Source of the DNA: Dimorphilus gyrociliatus | Taxonomy: Eukaryota > Animalia > Annelida | Assembly (NCBI GenBank): GCA_904063045.1 | Contig: CAJFCJ010000003.1 | Coordinates: 558,001 to 622,000 of the forward strand | Length of the DNA stretch: 64,000 nt | Reading direction: 5' to 3' | Shown: positions 11,002 through 23,767 of the stretch, piece by piece | Position numbering within the stretch: the first letter of the stretch is position 1 | Layout of the letters: each line of letters begins with the position of its first letter | Notes under the pieces: generated by a model | What the model saw: the letters and a program-made list of their open reading frames with translations, nothing else | Databases searched by the model: none | Told to the model about the DNA's origin: nothing | Position numbers and translations under genes: made by a program

Positions 11002-12545
11002 TCAAACCACGTATCTATTTTTAGCTGTCGATCCCGTTTTTGACATAGTATCAGCGTGAGCTTGGTATCCCATCGTGCTTCGATTCATGTTTAAGCGTTC
11101 CTTCAAGGTTTTCCTGTGTAAATCACTCAATATTAATCATTTTCTCTATCGAATCTTTAATAATAATTCTAGATGTGTTAATGTATGAACAAGTTTCTAC
11201 TCACCCTATGGACACGATTCCCAATTCGTCAGTGCTGTTTTGCGTCCAAAGACCTAATTTATCTCCTAATGACAAATATCTGACTTAAATTAAGTTCATT
11301 AAATCTATTCTAAACACCTTTCGTTCTAATGTTGATGGTAGCACCGCAAATTTGATGTCCGTATTCACCAAAGGCTTCACCTATCATACATAAGAGTGTT
11401 TCTAACCAAAACTTATCCAACTCCGTACTTCTTTGATTCTTAACCAAATTTATCAGCCATCGGCCTCCATTTTTATTTTTTTCATCTTCCCACATCGGTT
11501 GAACTCCGTCCTAATATGAAAAACCCATTGTATCAAGCTCAAATAATAGAAATTGTTCACAATTTTAAAATTAGCTTACAATATTGATCTACTAAAAAAT
11601 ATTAGTACTTATTCTATACCGTTTTATACATACTCTATCGAACGTATTATTAATTATCAACTGATTCGAATACGAAACTAAGAATTCCTTTTATCAGTTT
11701 TGGCCGTTATTTTTTTTTTTAGCTATTTTAGAGAGTGTTATTGAAATAACCTAATTTTAACTTTAATTAACTATATATAAACCATATTGGATATATTACT
11801 CTGAAAAAAAATAGACGAAATAAGTTCTTATTTCTGAAATACTCAGCTATATATGACATTCGTACATGTACACATTTCCATATCTACCAATAGTCACGTT
11901 CTCACCTTAAACAACGAATAATCACATCCCGGCGCAAGTTTACTGGCTGGCATAATATGGTTAAACAATCTGAAAGACAAACAAACCTTTTGTTAGTTAG
12001 GACTACAAAAAGTTTATCCTTGGATAAAAAAAAAACAATTGCAACGTTATTGAAAAATTCTTCATGAAATATTTTCAACAATTCAAATGAATTCATTCTT
12101 CAAATTTGAAAAAAACCCTATTTATTTCCCCCGAAAAGATAGCAATAGAAACTTACGCCCAAAAATCTTCAACCGTATCGAAAGCAGCAATCCTCTTTAG
12201 ATTAGAAGCCCAGTCTTTAGCCTTGTCATTCTTGAAAAACCAAATGGCCCAGCAATTTTCAAGTGGATGTTTAATAACAGGGTCCATGGCTAATTCTTCT
12301 TCAGGTTGCTCATTCTGAAAAAACGTTACTATTTTAGTAATGTCACACATGCATACGTTGCAAAACACATGCCGGCATTTCATTACACGTTTATGATCAG
12401 TTTCCTTCAATTATTAGCGAATAAAAACTCAGGAAAATCATTTGACTGTGTTTTAAATTCATTTTGACTACTAACATACAACCTAAATTGTTGAATTTGG
12501 GTATAAATTAAATAAACTTACATTGCGGTCTTCTCCTTCCGCCAT
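11002..12545 (-). CDS. EIF4E: Eukaryotic translation initiation factor 4E, class I, 203 aa
   Basis: Exons 12545-12522 (MAEGEDRN), 12314-12157, 11969-11906, 11510-11318, 11265-11205, 11113-11002. Motifs HPLENCWAIWF, KDW, FDTVEDFWAL, DYSLFKDGVQPMWED, GGRW, ICGATINIR, GLW, YQAH..KNRY. Trp at both class-I positions. Confidence 0.95.
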
Positions 12546-12548
12546 CTT
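12539..12548 (-). promoter_or_regulatory. YY1-like motif overlapping the eIF4E start codon
   Basis: AAGATGGCGG on the minus strand contains the ATG at 12545. Confidence 0.45.
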
Positions 12549-13237
12549 GTTTAAATGAAACCGGAACTGAAAAAAGTGCGCTAAATATATGCGTGTTAGC
12601 AGTTATAAAAAGGCGCCAATTTTTGAATATAACGTTAATGTCGAATGATTTTATATAATTTCCGCTTATACTTTTCATAGAATTAATAAATAAAATAAAC
12701 TATTCAGGATAAAAAAATCTATTTTTATCTTTGATATCTTTTTAAAGCTTCGACGTGTAGGTACTTATTAATTAATTCAAATATAAATCGACGAAAGAAA
12801 AAACGGATCAAATAGCCGGAAGGTTAATATGCATATAATAAGAGGATAATCGCTGAAATATTAGGGTCATTTTCTCGTATAGATTACTAAGAACATCAAG
12901 GTTAAATCGTTGAAGACTGTTTACTAATTTATGGTAATTAGAATGAATACGCTGATAAAATGCTCAGTAAACTATTGTGACACGTTTTTAATATTTTGAC
13001 CTTATTTTCAGATAGACAAACAAAAAACTTCTTATATAATATAGATTGTCAAATATTTAGTCACAAAATATATTTGTTTGATATTTGAAACATCTGGAAA
13101 TTTCCAAGAATAAATCAATAATTTACACCATTCATTTATACTGTCGCCACCTATCGTTGTGTTGTGCCACGTGAGGCTTTTTATCCAACCACTGCCCATG
13201 ACCGTCGCACATGCGCATTAAACAAAATAATAACAAG

Positions 13238-16200
13238 ATGAAGCCAGAGAACGTAGTCAGTCAAAATACTAACGAAAAACCTCAACATTTTCAGTAAATA
13301 TTGGCTTTTATTGATTAAATGTAGCAAAACATAGTAGTTAATATATTATAGATTGTGTTCGTCTAATAATTTTTTTCTAAAACCTTCAGCTATTTAAACG
13401 ATTTTCGGACGCACCAGTGCTCGCTCTTCCTTCAGCATAAATGCACTCAACATCGCCCGTATACGTGTTTTAACTGGCATTTTATGAATCAGAGAAGAAG
13501 AAAACCATTACTTAGAAATGATGGAGATTTTAACTATAGTCCTGACATCTATTGCACCAAGTACGATGAAACATCGGGAATTTGTGCCGATGGAGATAAG
13601 TAAGTTGATTGTACCTTATTTCGTAGACAATCGTTCAAACACCGAAAACAAGCTTATGTTAGACAGAAGCAGGATTACTAGAGCTTTGCCTTCTGTCGCA
13701 GAGTAATCGTTCTTGTAGAGCTTAAGATAATTTTAAAACAATGTCCGTGTTCCGGGAAAGTAGGTCACGTTGCAGAATGTAAACAAATATGGCGTTTTGG
13801 CGCGCTCGCGCTTTTTCTGTATCAGCTGATTTTGTTTGCGCTTATTCCAGCTATTTTAAAATAGATTACATAATATCTTATTGTTAAATTATTGTACTTA
13901 TTACAACCCCATCACCATAATGAAAAGATTTAAATAGATTTTTCTTATTTTATTACGCAGCGTATTTGTTAACGAATTGTAGAATCTAGGGTTTTTTTTT
14001 TCAGAATGATATAAAAACTGCTCTATGAATGTTAGTTAATAACTGACGTAATCATCTGTAGAAGTATTAAAAAAATTTATATTAAGAATTAGCCAACATA
14101 TGATAGTTATTTTGTAGATTTAAATTATCCGATAAGACTGGTTCGTTAATTTTAAAGATAGCTTGAAAATACCAATTGAAATTGCGAAATAATAGATTAA
14201 TACTATATATTTATTACATATAGAATATGAATAGAGGCATTAATAGTTTTTATTTTGGGCAGGTGCCGCTAAATATATAATATCGTAACGTTGTTTTCAA
14301 TACGATGTTATTCTAATAAATTGTGTTGTTTTACGTGATCTGAAGGTCATTTAATGCGATAAGAAAGTAGATAAATATTTTATCGATTTTTACATAATAC
14401 TTTTATAATATTCAAGAAAACCTTGAATTAGTTAATGTAACACCAATAAATTTTTTGGGCTAAAAAACAGCAGTTGGCTATTTAATAGCGAATTTTATGG
14501 TGAAGGACTCTGTAGAGGTGCTTTTCTATAGGTCGACAAGAGTTTTTCTTTTGTATTCTCATATTTATAATAAAATTCCTTGGAAAGTCATTCAAAAGCA
14601 GCAAATTCAGAACAGGCCAATAAACATATTTTTCAGGGTAAGATCTGTTAACAGTCACGTCATACAGATTAAGGGCTATTATAATAACTATTTTTTAACG
14701 TAACTCTGTCGTGTAACATACATTTATGGAATCGTGTGAACTCTAATTAAGATATTCTTTTACCTTTCAGCTGCGCCTTTCTTCATCGAACCGCCGGAGA
14801 TACTGAAAGAAGATATCATCTCCGATATTACAAGACGAATACGTGTGTCCATCAAACAGATAATAAAGGACATTGCGTAAAGAATGGACAGCATTGCGCG
14901 TTTGCCCACGGAGCAACTGATATGCGATCTCCCGTTCATGATAAACGCGAACGAATGTTGGCTTGTGGTCTTGCTGCACAGGGTTTGGGAAAGGATGAAA
15001 ATGGCATATCCAGAGGTGGTCTCACATCGCTTGAAAGAGATAAGGTATTGAATGAAGATCCCAAATGGAATGAAACGGAATACGTGTTAGCGAATTATAA
15101 AACAGAGCTCTGTAAGAGGCCTCCTAGATTATGTAGACAGGGATTTGCCTGTCCTAGTTATCATAATGCTAGAGATAAGAGGCGTTGTCCTCATACACAC
15201 AAATACAGATCAACCCCTTGTCCTAATGTTAAGCACGGTGACGATTGGGGAGATCCTGCTCAATGTGAAAATGGAGAGCAGTGTCAGTATTGCCATACCA
15301 GAACAGAACAGCAATTTCACCCAGAAATTTACAAATCGACCAAATGCAATGATATGCTCCAAACTGGTTACTGTCCAAGAGGACCGTTTTGCGCTTTTGC
15401 ACACGTCGAACAGGAAATGACCATACAGCGAGAAATAGCTGCAGCATCCGAAAATTCTCTTGCTGCTTACGTTACGAGTGCATTTCCGGAAAAGGCGAAT
15501 AGTATTGAGGAGAAAGTTAACGATTTAGGTTTATGTAACAGTAACAAAAGCCTTCCTCAACCAATCGGGAAAGAGAGAAGTAGAAGTTTCAGCAATGGTA
15601 GTACTACCGGAGGAGCTAATATGAGAAGTCCATTTCCGGTTGGCTCGGCGCCAGCAATGACCTTTGCTGACGTAAGTTGAAGTTTAGATTATTTTTTCGA
15701 GGTTATTAAAAAAAAAACTTTAAATGATGAACTGGTAAAAGGGTTGACGCAACGCCGCCTATAATAACAGATTGACTTTTTATAGAGATTGAAAAGTCAA
15801 CTACTTAAAGGTGGATATTAAAAAACAAAATTAGGATTTATTTCTATTGCGAAATAACTAGAAATGTTACAGTTTTATACATTTTTAGTTGTTACATTAA
15901 ATCCAACAAACATAATTTCATAAATGTTGCGCTGATAATACTCGCAAACTGATAAAAGAAATATTATATAATTGTATAGGACTAGTATTCCATTTTTATA
16001 TATTCAATATATTTAAAGGAAAATTATAAAAAATTCAATAGGCGGCGAGGAACAGGAAAACCTATGAAGAGAAACAATCGAATAAGGGGACAACAAGGTC
16101 AAATCTTTTTGGAGGCGATACTTTGCAATCTATAATAGGTAGGAGCTTTTAATACATAGTATGTATATATATCTACGGAAAAGATTTAATAATAGGTAAT

Positions 16201-17000
16201 GCATTGGATGAGGACGTCGACGTTGATGATCTCAGTTTATCAACTGCATTTGAAACATCAAACGATCGCGATCAGGACATTGAATCTTTGTCTTCTTCTT
16301 TCGGTAATAACTTACAACCTGCTTTTAATAGTCGCTCCGAACCTGTTAGTATTCCTGGAGCTAATCAGCCCCAGAGTCCGTTTAGTCCACTCGTCTCACC
16401 TTTGTTGAACGGTAATGGCTTCGGTAGTTATTTTAGCACTTCAGGAAATAGCGAGGTATTTCAGAATCTATCCAAAATTGAAATAATACTAATATTAATT
16501 TACCATCTTGACATTCTCAGGTAAATAAATTGAAGGAAGAAGTGGGTAGTTATAAAACTAAATTGAAGCATTGGGAAGAGGGTTATGCCCAAGCTAGAGC
16601 AGCTTGCGAAGCGTGGAAAAAGGAAGTAGAAGATTTATCAAGAAAGAAACGCGAATTAGAAGATGAATTAACAACAAGTAAAAAGGAAAAGGAAGAACTA
16701 AGAGCACAGTTGAAAGCGGTAAAGACGAATATTATTATTCCATTATGTCAAAGGGAAGAAGTCCCATCAGACATACGCGACCTAATCCAAGCATTCATAG
16801 TAGATCAAGTAAGTATATAGAGAGAGAGCGAGCGAAAGTATTTATATACAGTTAATATACCTTTGAGATAATGTATATTGTATATATGCTGTATATATAC
16901 TAATATATATATAATGTATATATATAAAAAGAAAAAAAAAACAATCGTTTCTTTTCATTTTCAGTCTTTTCAACAAAGTTTCTACAGCAGTCCAACGTAA
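13238..17000 (+). CDS. UNK: Unkempt CCCH zinc-finger RNA-binding protein, about 615 aa, no RING domain found
   Basis: Exons 13238-13293, 13390-13599, 14771-15671, 16042-16138, 16196-16455, 16521-16808, 16965-17000; phases consistent. Six CCCH fingers (EKPQHFHYLNDFRT..HRPYTCFNWH; TERRYHLRYYKT; YKSTKCNDM..CPRGPFCAFAH), a GNALD motif and the coiled coil WEEGYAQARAACEAWKKE. Confidence 0.92.
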
Positions 17001-17209
17001 GATATAAAATTGAGAATTAGTCGCACATATCGGAAGTTTTGGAAAATATAACTTATGAAAACTAGTTGTTGCCTACTTACAAAAATTTTTTTCCAATTTT
17101 TTTATTGCTTTATGCTTGTTTAATTTTCAGATTAACGTTTGACGTACATAGTGTTAGCTATAAAGCACAAAGAGGCGGTATACTTGTGAATTACTGCTAG
17201 TTTTTTTAG

Positions 17210-17365
17210 TGTATGTATATGTATGTATATATATATATATACATATATAAAATTATATACATAATATATATATATACATATAAATATATATATATTTATA
17301 TGTATACAGGATTATATATATATAATATATATATATATATATTTATATATATTTATATCTATATA
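17210..17365. repeat. Compound (AT)n/(GTAT)n low-complexity tract
   Basis: Downstream of the Unkempt stop; further (AT)n runs near 17725, 17930 and 18205. Confidence 0.85.
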
Positions 17366-17925
17366 CTCTTTCAGGTATAGGTTATACTTCGTATTTTACA
17401 TTTACACTTGAAAGAATTTGAATATGGAAATAATTATATACATAAATATTGTACTAACCAATTTTTTGTCAATACTGATTTTCCGTGAATTTATCAAACG
17501 TTTTATATACAATACGTTAAAAAATTTCTTTGATATTTTTAAAGAAAACAAATTCTATCCTGCATTTTTCCAGTTTATATTTATTAGTGGCGTTTTTTTT
17601 TTAGGATTAATTAAATTGAATTGAAAATGTTTTAAGGGATTGACGTTGTTTTGATTAGAAGTAGAATCTATAGTTGATTTGTTATATCAAAAGTAAGAAA
17701 GGCTATGTTTCATATATTTGTGTATATATATATATATATATATACATAATTATGTCTTTAAAATGTACGTATTAAAAATATACATATAATTATATGTATA
17801 TATAGTTATATGTATAGATGTCTCTTTGAAACTATTAAGAATATGTATATGTAAAAATTCATTGTACTTGCATATACATATAATCATTTTAAATTCTACA
17901 ATAATATCTATGTCGATATATATTA

Positions 17926-17959
<34 letters not shown>

Positions 17960-18199
17960 TCAGAAGCCAAACTGCTGAATTTTTTTCTCTCTGCTTACTT
18001 AATAAAATTTTCGAATTTTAAGCAAAAACTTTGAAAATCTTTATTAATGAAAAACAAAAACTGAACAAGACTTTAAACAAATTTTTTTATATCAGCTTTT
18101 TTCTTGTGATAGACGAAAACTTTAAAAGAAAAAAAAACAAAATGATTTTATAACAAGAATCTTTCTTCTCTTTGTTCTTTTTTTTCATATTATTCAATA

Positions 18200-18230
<31 letters not shown>

Positions 18231-19970
18231 TTAATGCTTTTTTTTTGTTTCTTTATAAGAAGGAATGAAGCTACTTTTTAAAAAAATATATATATGTATT
18301 TAATAAGTTAATATTAGAATATATTGAATTATTAATGAAATTTTAACATTATATTAAAATGGATATGTTATAAGAAAAAAAAAGCATTAAGACTTGAAAG
18401 CAGAGGAGGAAAATCCCTAAGTTTTATTACTGTTATTTTAATACTTAAAAAAAGAGAGGCTTTTTTTTGTGTTTTTAGACAAAAAGAAGGAAAAGAAATG
18501 TTTTTAAAATTTATAGAAAAAAATGAATGAAAATTCGTTTTTTTCACTTTTTTGGTGTCTGTATCTTATGAAAGAAGGATAAAAAATAACAAAAAAAGGC
18601 ATTTTTTATCTTGATCACTTTCCTCTCTTTTCAATATAGTAAACATCATTCTGGCCATATATATATACATGTATATATAAATATATATGTACATATAAAT
18701 AGCTCGTGCTTACGAAAACAAAACATAAAAAGAGACTTCTCTATAGAATAAAAAATTTTTAACGGGTTTAGGATATAGAATTATTTAGGTTTTAAGAAAA
18801 TTTACATTGAATTATGTGGTGTTATATTTGTCAACTTAAAAAGAAATTATTTTTTGTCTCAGTTAGTATATTTACACTTTAAAAAAGTTTAATAAATAAT
18901 TATATTTAGTCTATTGCTATTACTATTTAAAAAACAATTTCTCTCTCTCATTTTTATTTTTTGCATGTCTGCGTTTACTAAACAAATGTATTCTTATGTT
19001 TTAGTTTTTACATCTTTTTTTGTTCTCATCCTTTTCAAATGCGTAAAACTTTTTTTTTATTGACACTATATTTTTGCTTCTGTTTCTCTTCAACACTAAG
19101 AATTAATAACATTTAGGTAAAAAATGTCATTTATATATTTAAATTATTATCTATATATAGTTTAAATGATTGAAATTTTTCTTTGTTTGTTTGTTTGTTG
19201 TTTATTTTTTTCTTTATTTTTTCGTTACTGATTTCTCGGGTGACTGTTTCGCCAATGCTGCATATATGACGAAAAAAAACAAATGTTTCCAAACATGTTT
19301 TAAAAGAGATAAATGAAATTGAAAATAGATAATAACAATATTATTATTATTACTATTATTATTATGATATTTTTTGTTTCTACTTCATCTTCTTCTATTT
19401 TGATTGCAGTATTGGTATTTTTTTATTATATTTTTACTATTATTTATAGTTTTGATTGAGTAAAATATAAAAAAAACATTAACAAACAAGCGAAAAGACA
19501 ATAAATACTTAGTATTTTCTTTCTAACAATATAATTTATCTCTTTTCATTCCCTTCTATTTTGTGAATAGAAAAAGAAATCTTGTTCTCGTATCGTCAAT
19601 ATTTGGTAAAAAGAAAAAGAAAGCACAATATATATATCATTATTTCGTCTGTTTATTTATTCATTTTTATTCATTTTATTAGTATTAAGAAAAAAGAAAT
19701 ACTTATATACTTATATACAGTATATACGTATATATCACTTTTTATTCCATTCACTGTAGGCGAATAAGATCTCTCTTTACGATAGTACAATTCTCTATCA
19801 TTGCTTTATAATAATTCATTCAACATAAAGAGTCACATGTTTATTTTATTTGAGACAAACGCATTAAATTAGCAATAGTTGCTTGTGGAATATTTAAAGA
19901 AAAAATTGGGCTTCAATATAGATAGCAATGTTGAATTTAAAACACTCATATATTGTATTTATACAGTATA

Positions 19971-20249
19971 TTAATTTCTATTACCTTCTTCGTAAGGTGG
20001 TGGTGGATCGAAATCAGGGTTAAAAAGTATGTAATCTTCAAAATTTGGAGAAAGTAATGCTGACTCATAGGAAGGCAGTCCAGATAGCGTTCCCACCACT
20101 TCTCTACTATCATGTTTAGTTCTATGTATAATCTCCATACAACAATTCACAAATACACCAATGAAAAATAGAGCTAATACAAAAAATACTACCAATAATA
20201 TAATATATCTGTGATCCTCCAGCAATATCTCCAACGAATTCTTTGTCAT
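19971..20249 (-). CDS. Small single-pass membrane protein with PY motifs (92 aa)
   Basis: True ATG at 20249. One hydrophobic helix YIILLVVFFVLALFFIGVFV, a juxtamembrane CC, and cytoplasmic LPSY and PPPPY motifs. A splice acceptor at 20257-20258 implies an upstream exon. Confidence 0.65.
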   Translation of the reverse strand: MTKNSLEILLEDHRYIILLVVFFVLALFFIGVFVNCCMEIIHRTKHDSREVVGTLSGLPSYESALLSPNFEDYILFNPDFDPPPPYEEGNRN

Positions 20250-22528
20250 TGATGACCTATTTAGATTTAAAATTTATTTTCTGATCAATTCATTTGAAAC
20301 GTTTAACTATTGAAGAAGAACTATTGTATATTAATTTAAGAGTAAAGTATTATGTGTACTCTTTACTGTTTCATTATAATTTGAACGAAACATCGGACAG
20401 TATAAACTGACTACTCCATTCATTCCATGTTAGAAAGAGAGGTGCATATGAGACCTATTCTCTATTCATATTCAAATTATTAGAATGTGATGTTTTCCTC
20501 TTTCTAATACTTTAGTATAAAACACATTGATATATCTGTCTAATCTTAGCAATTCTTTTATCCCAGATTCTGCGTATATCTCTCTACTCTGAATTGAAAA
20601 AACTTATGAATAGACTCCATAGACTGTCAGACATGAAAAACAGATATATATATATATATACATATATAGTTATATAGTGAATATTTTCCAAACTTCTTTC
20701 ACAACTACTTCATATTCATGAGAAGCAGCGAAGAAAAACTGGAAAGACTAGTCAACATTATTCAATCATACTACTGTTGTTATTTTTAGCTTTCTTTAGT
20801 GGGGAGACAAATCACAGTAGCTCTCTTATTGTAATTAATTGAAGCAAAAGGTAAATACAGTGGTAAAATATGAATAATAGCTAATTTAATTTTCTAATTG
20901 AGAAAGATACCATTTCCTATCTCTCTTCTTCGTCTTTTAGAAGAGATTTTCAAAGACAAGATCCATCAGGTAAATATCTTTCGTATTTTATTAATTAATA
21001 ATATTCCAAGTAAAAGGATAGCCAATTTCTTATTAAATAAATATGAATGTACAGTATATTCAATACTGTTGTTTTTTGCACTTTTACAAATAGATAAACA
21101 ATGTAATAAAATCATCTAATTAGTATTATCAAAATTCTCATCAAGTTAAAAGTTGAAGGAATATAAACCACTCTATATACATAACAATATACTGTATAGT
21201 GCAAGAAATGCAAAAGAAAATTACTAGATATATTGGATTTCAACTTAAAAGTATCCATCTTGTGTGGAATGAGGACCACTAAACAATTATTCTTTTTCTA
21301 TTCTAAAGTATTTTTGGCCTACAATCACCTTTTATATATTTCTTCCTTGCTCCGTATGCTATTTATGAAACCTGCAACTTATTTCTCCTTCACTTTCTTC
21401 TTCCTTATTGTGATCCTATATAAAATAAGCAATAGCGTTTATTGTCCTTCCGTAAAAAGGGTTACGTTCTTTCACCAAATTTCCTCAATGTAAATATAAT
21501 CAATATAAGTAGAAGAGCTATATATTATATATTATAATAACCTCTTTAAATGTCATAATAAAAAAGGGTATTTAGGTTAATCTGTGCGAATAGCGTATAT
21601 TCAGTTTATTCTAGTAGCCAACCATTTTTAGTGTAATTTAAAAAGCCAAAGGAAGGAGAAGAAAGAGATTAGTTAATATATGAATAAAACATATTAAACT
21701 ATCTTTCTAAGGAATACTTAAGCCCTTCCTTTAAAATGTATATATTATTGATTATTCCTATTATTATTAAATTATGCAACGGAAAATAGAATAAAATTGT
21801 GTTAATATATTAAATGTTGATTAGCTTGATTTTCCTACGTAGTTTGTTATTTTCTCACGTTCCCATTTTTTCCTTATCATCTACAATTTTTCCAAATTTC
21901 GTTGGGATCCACTAATTCGAATAGTAACAAACTGTTGAATTTTCAATTATCTTTTGAGAGGCTGTCACAAGGAATATTTTTTATGTTTATAAAGATATAT
22001 AAATAAATCTTATTTTATAAAAACTAATCTATTTTCTTATCAATTTAAGTATATTCTAGAACAACGAACAATGTCAACATTTCCTGGAAATTGTTCGGCT
22101 ATTCAACATATTTATATATATTCATAAAAGATCATCATATATTGCATATGAATTTCGTAATTTTGTGGATTTGTTTAATAAGAATACGTAATCGAGTTGT
22201 AAATAGATCGAAATAACCAGAATTCACTACTTAAAATCCATTATCAAAGCTTACACGTCTATAGTAAACACTTTCAATAGAAGAGTGTCACGTGATCAAA
22301 CGAACGTAAAACAAAAAGATTAACTAGTAAATGTCAGCCTATGTTTGATTCTCAGTGATTTTCTTCGTCTAGTAGTTTAAAATCGCTTTAATTCACATTC
22401 AAAATAAGGATTTATTATAAATTATTAAGGGTATATTATGTTGATAATTACTCATATGAATTTTTTTTATCAAATTCCGTTTTTATTTGAGAAATACTAT
22501 AGAATTTTCTAAAATCTCTCGCGAATAA

Positions 22529-22870
22529 CCAATCAGCAATCGAATGCGGAATATTCTCAACAATTTTAGCGAATGAACGACCGAGAAGTTTAACCAATCG
22601 CAATCCAACGCTATGAATAATTAGGGTCATTTTGCATAATGAGGTCAAATTCACATTGCTTACGGCATTCGCAGAGAAAGGAATACGTAAAGCATTTAAA
22701 CAGGTAAATTTACGAGTATTTCGTCTTATCCGTGGCAAAATTTTATTTTACTTTTTTTTTAAATAAGTGTAGAATGCAGAGAATCATAATTTTATAAGTA
22801 AAAACGATTTTTAGTGTGGATTTAAGCGTTTCAAAAATATCTTCTCGAGACAGACGTCGTCCGCCATTTT
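22529..22870 (+). promoter_or_regulatory. H3.3 promoter region
   Basis: Two AACCAATC boxes (CCAAT at 22529 and 22594) and YY1-like CCGCCATTTT at 22861-22870. A candidate 5'UTR intron runs from donor 22903 to acceptor 23139. Confidence 0.5.
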
Positions 22871-23039
22871 GAATTTGAAGCGGCGACGTTTTTACACAAT
22901 ACGTAGGCCTAGTAGTGTTTGTTTTCAAGAATTATAACATAAACATTTAAAAATTATTATTATTTAGATGGAATATGTTCACTTGATTTCTAATTCAATT
23001 TCATATTCAAGAAAATTCACTTGATTTTTTGTTGCGTAA

Positions 23040-23767
<728 letters not shown>

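Noticed and set aside
20740-20752. miR-7-like word TGGAAAGACTAGT
   Set aside because: Extra base in the seed, 3' half does not match and no hairpin.
20374-22255. Exon-like blocks on the minus strand (e.g. 20588-20511 and 20454-20374 joined by a 56-bp GT-AG intron)
   Set aside because: No coherent multi-exon model or homology; such pairs arise by chance in AT-rich DNA. They may be UTR exons of the PY-motif gene; RNA-seq would settle it.
22448-22928. Minus-strand ORFs upstream of H3.3
   Set aside because: They overlap promoter motifs, the longer one starts at TTG, and neither shows homology or clear splice structure.
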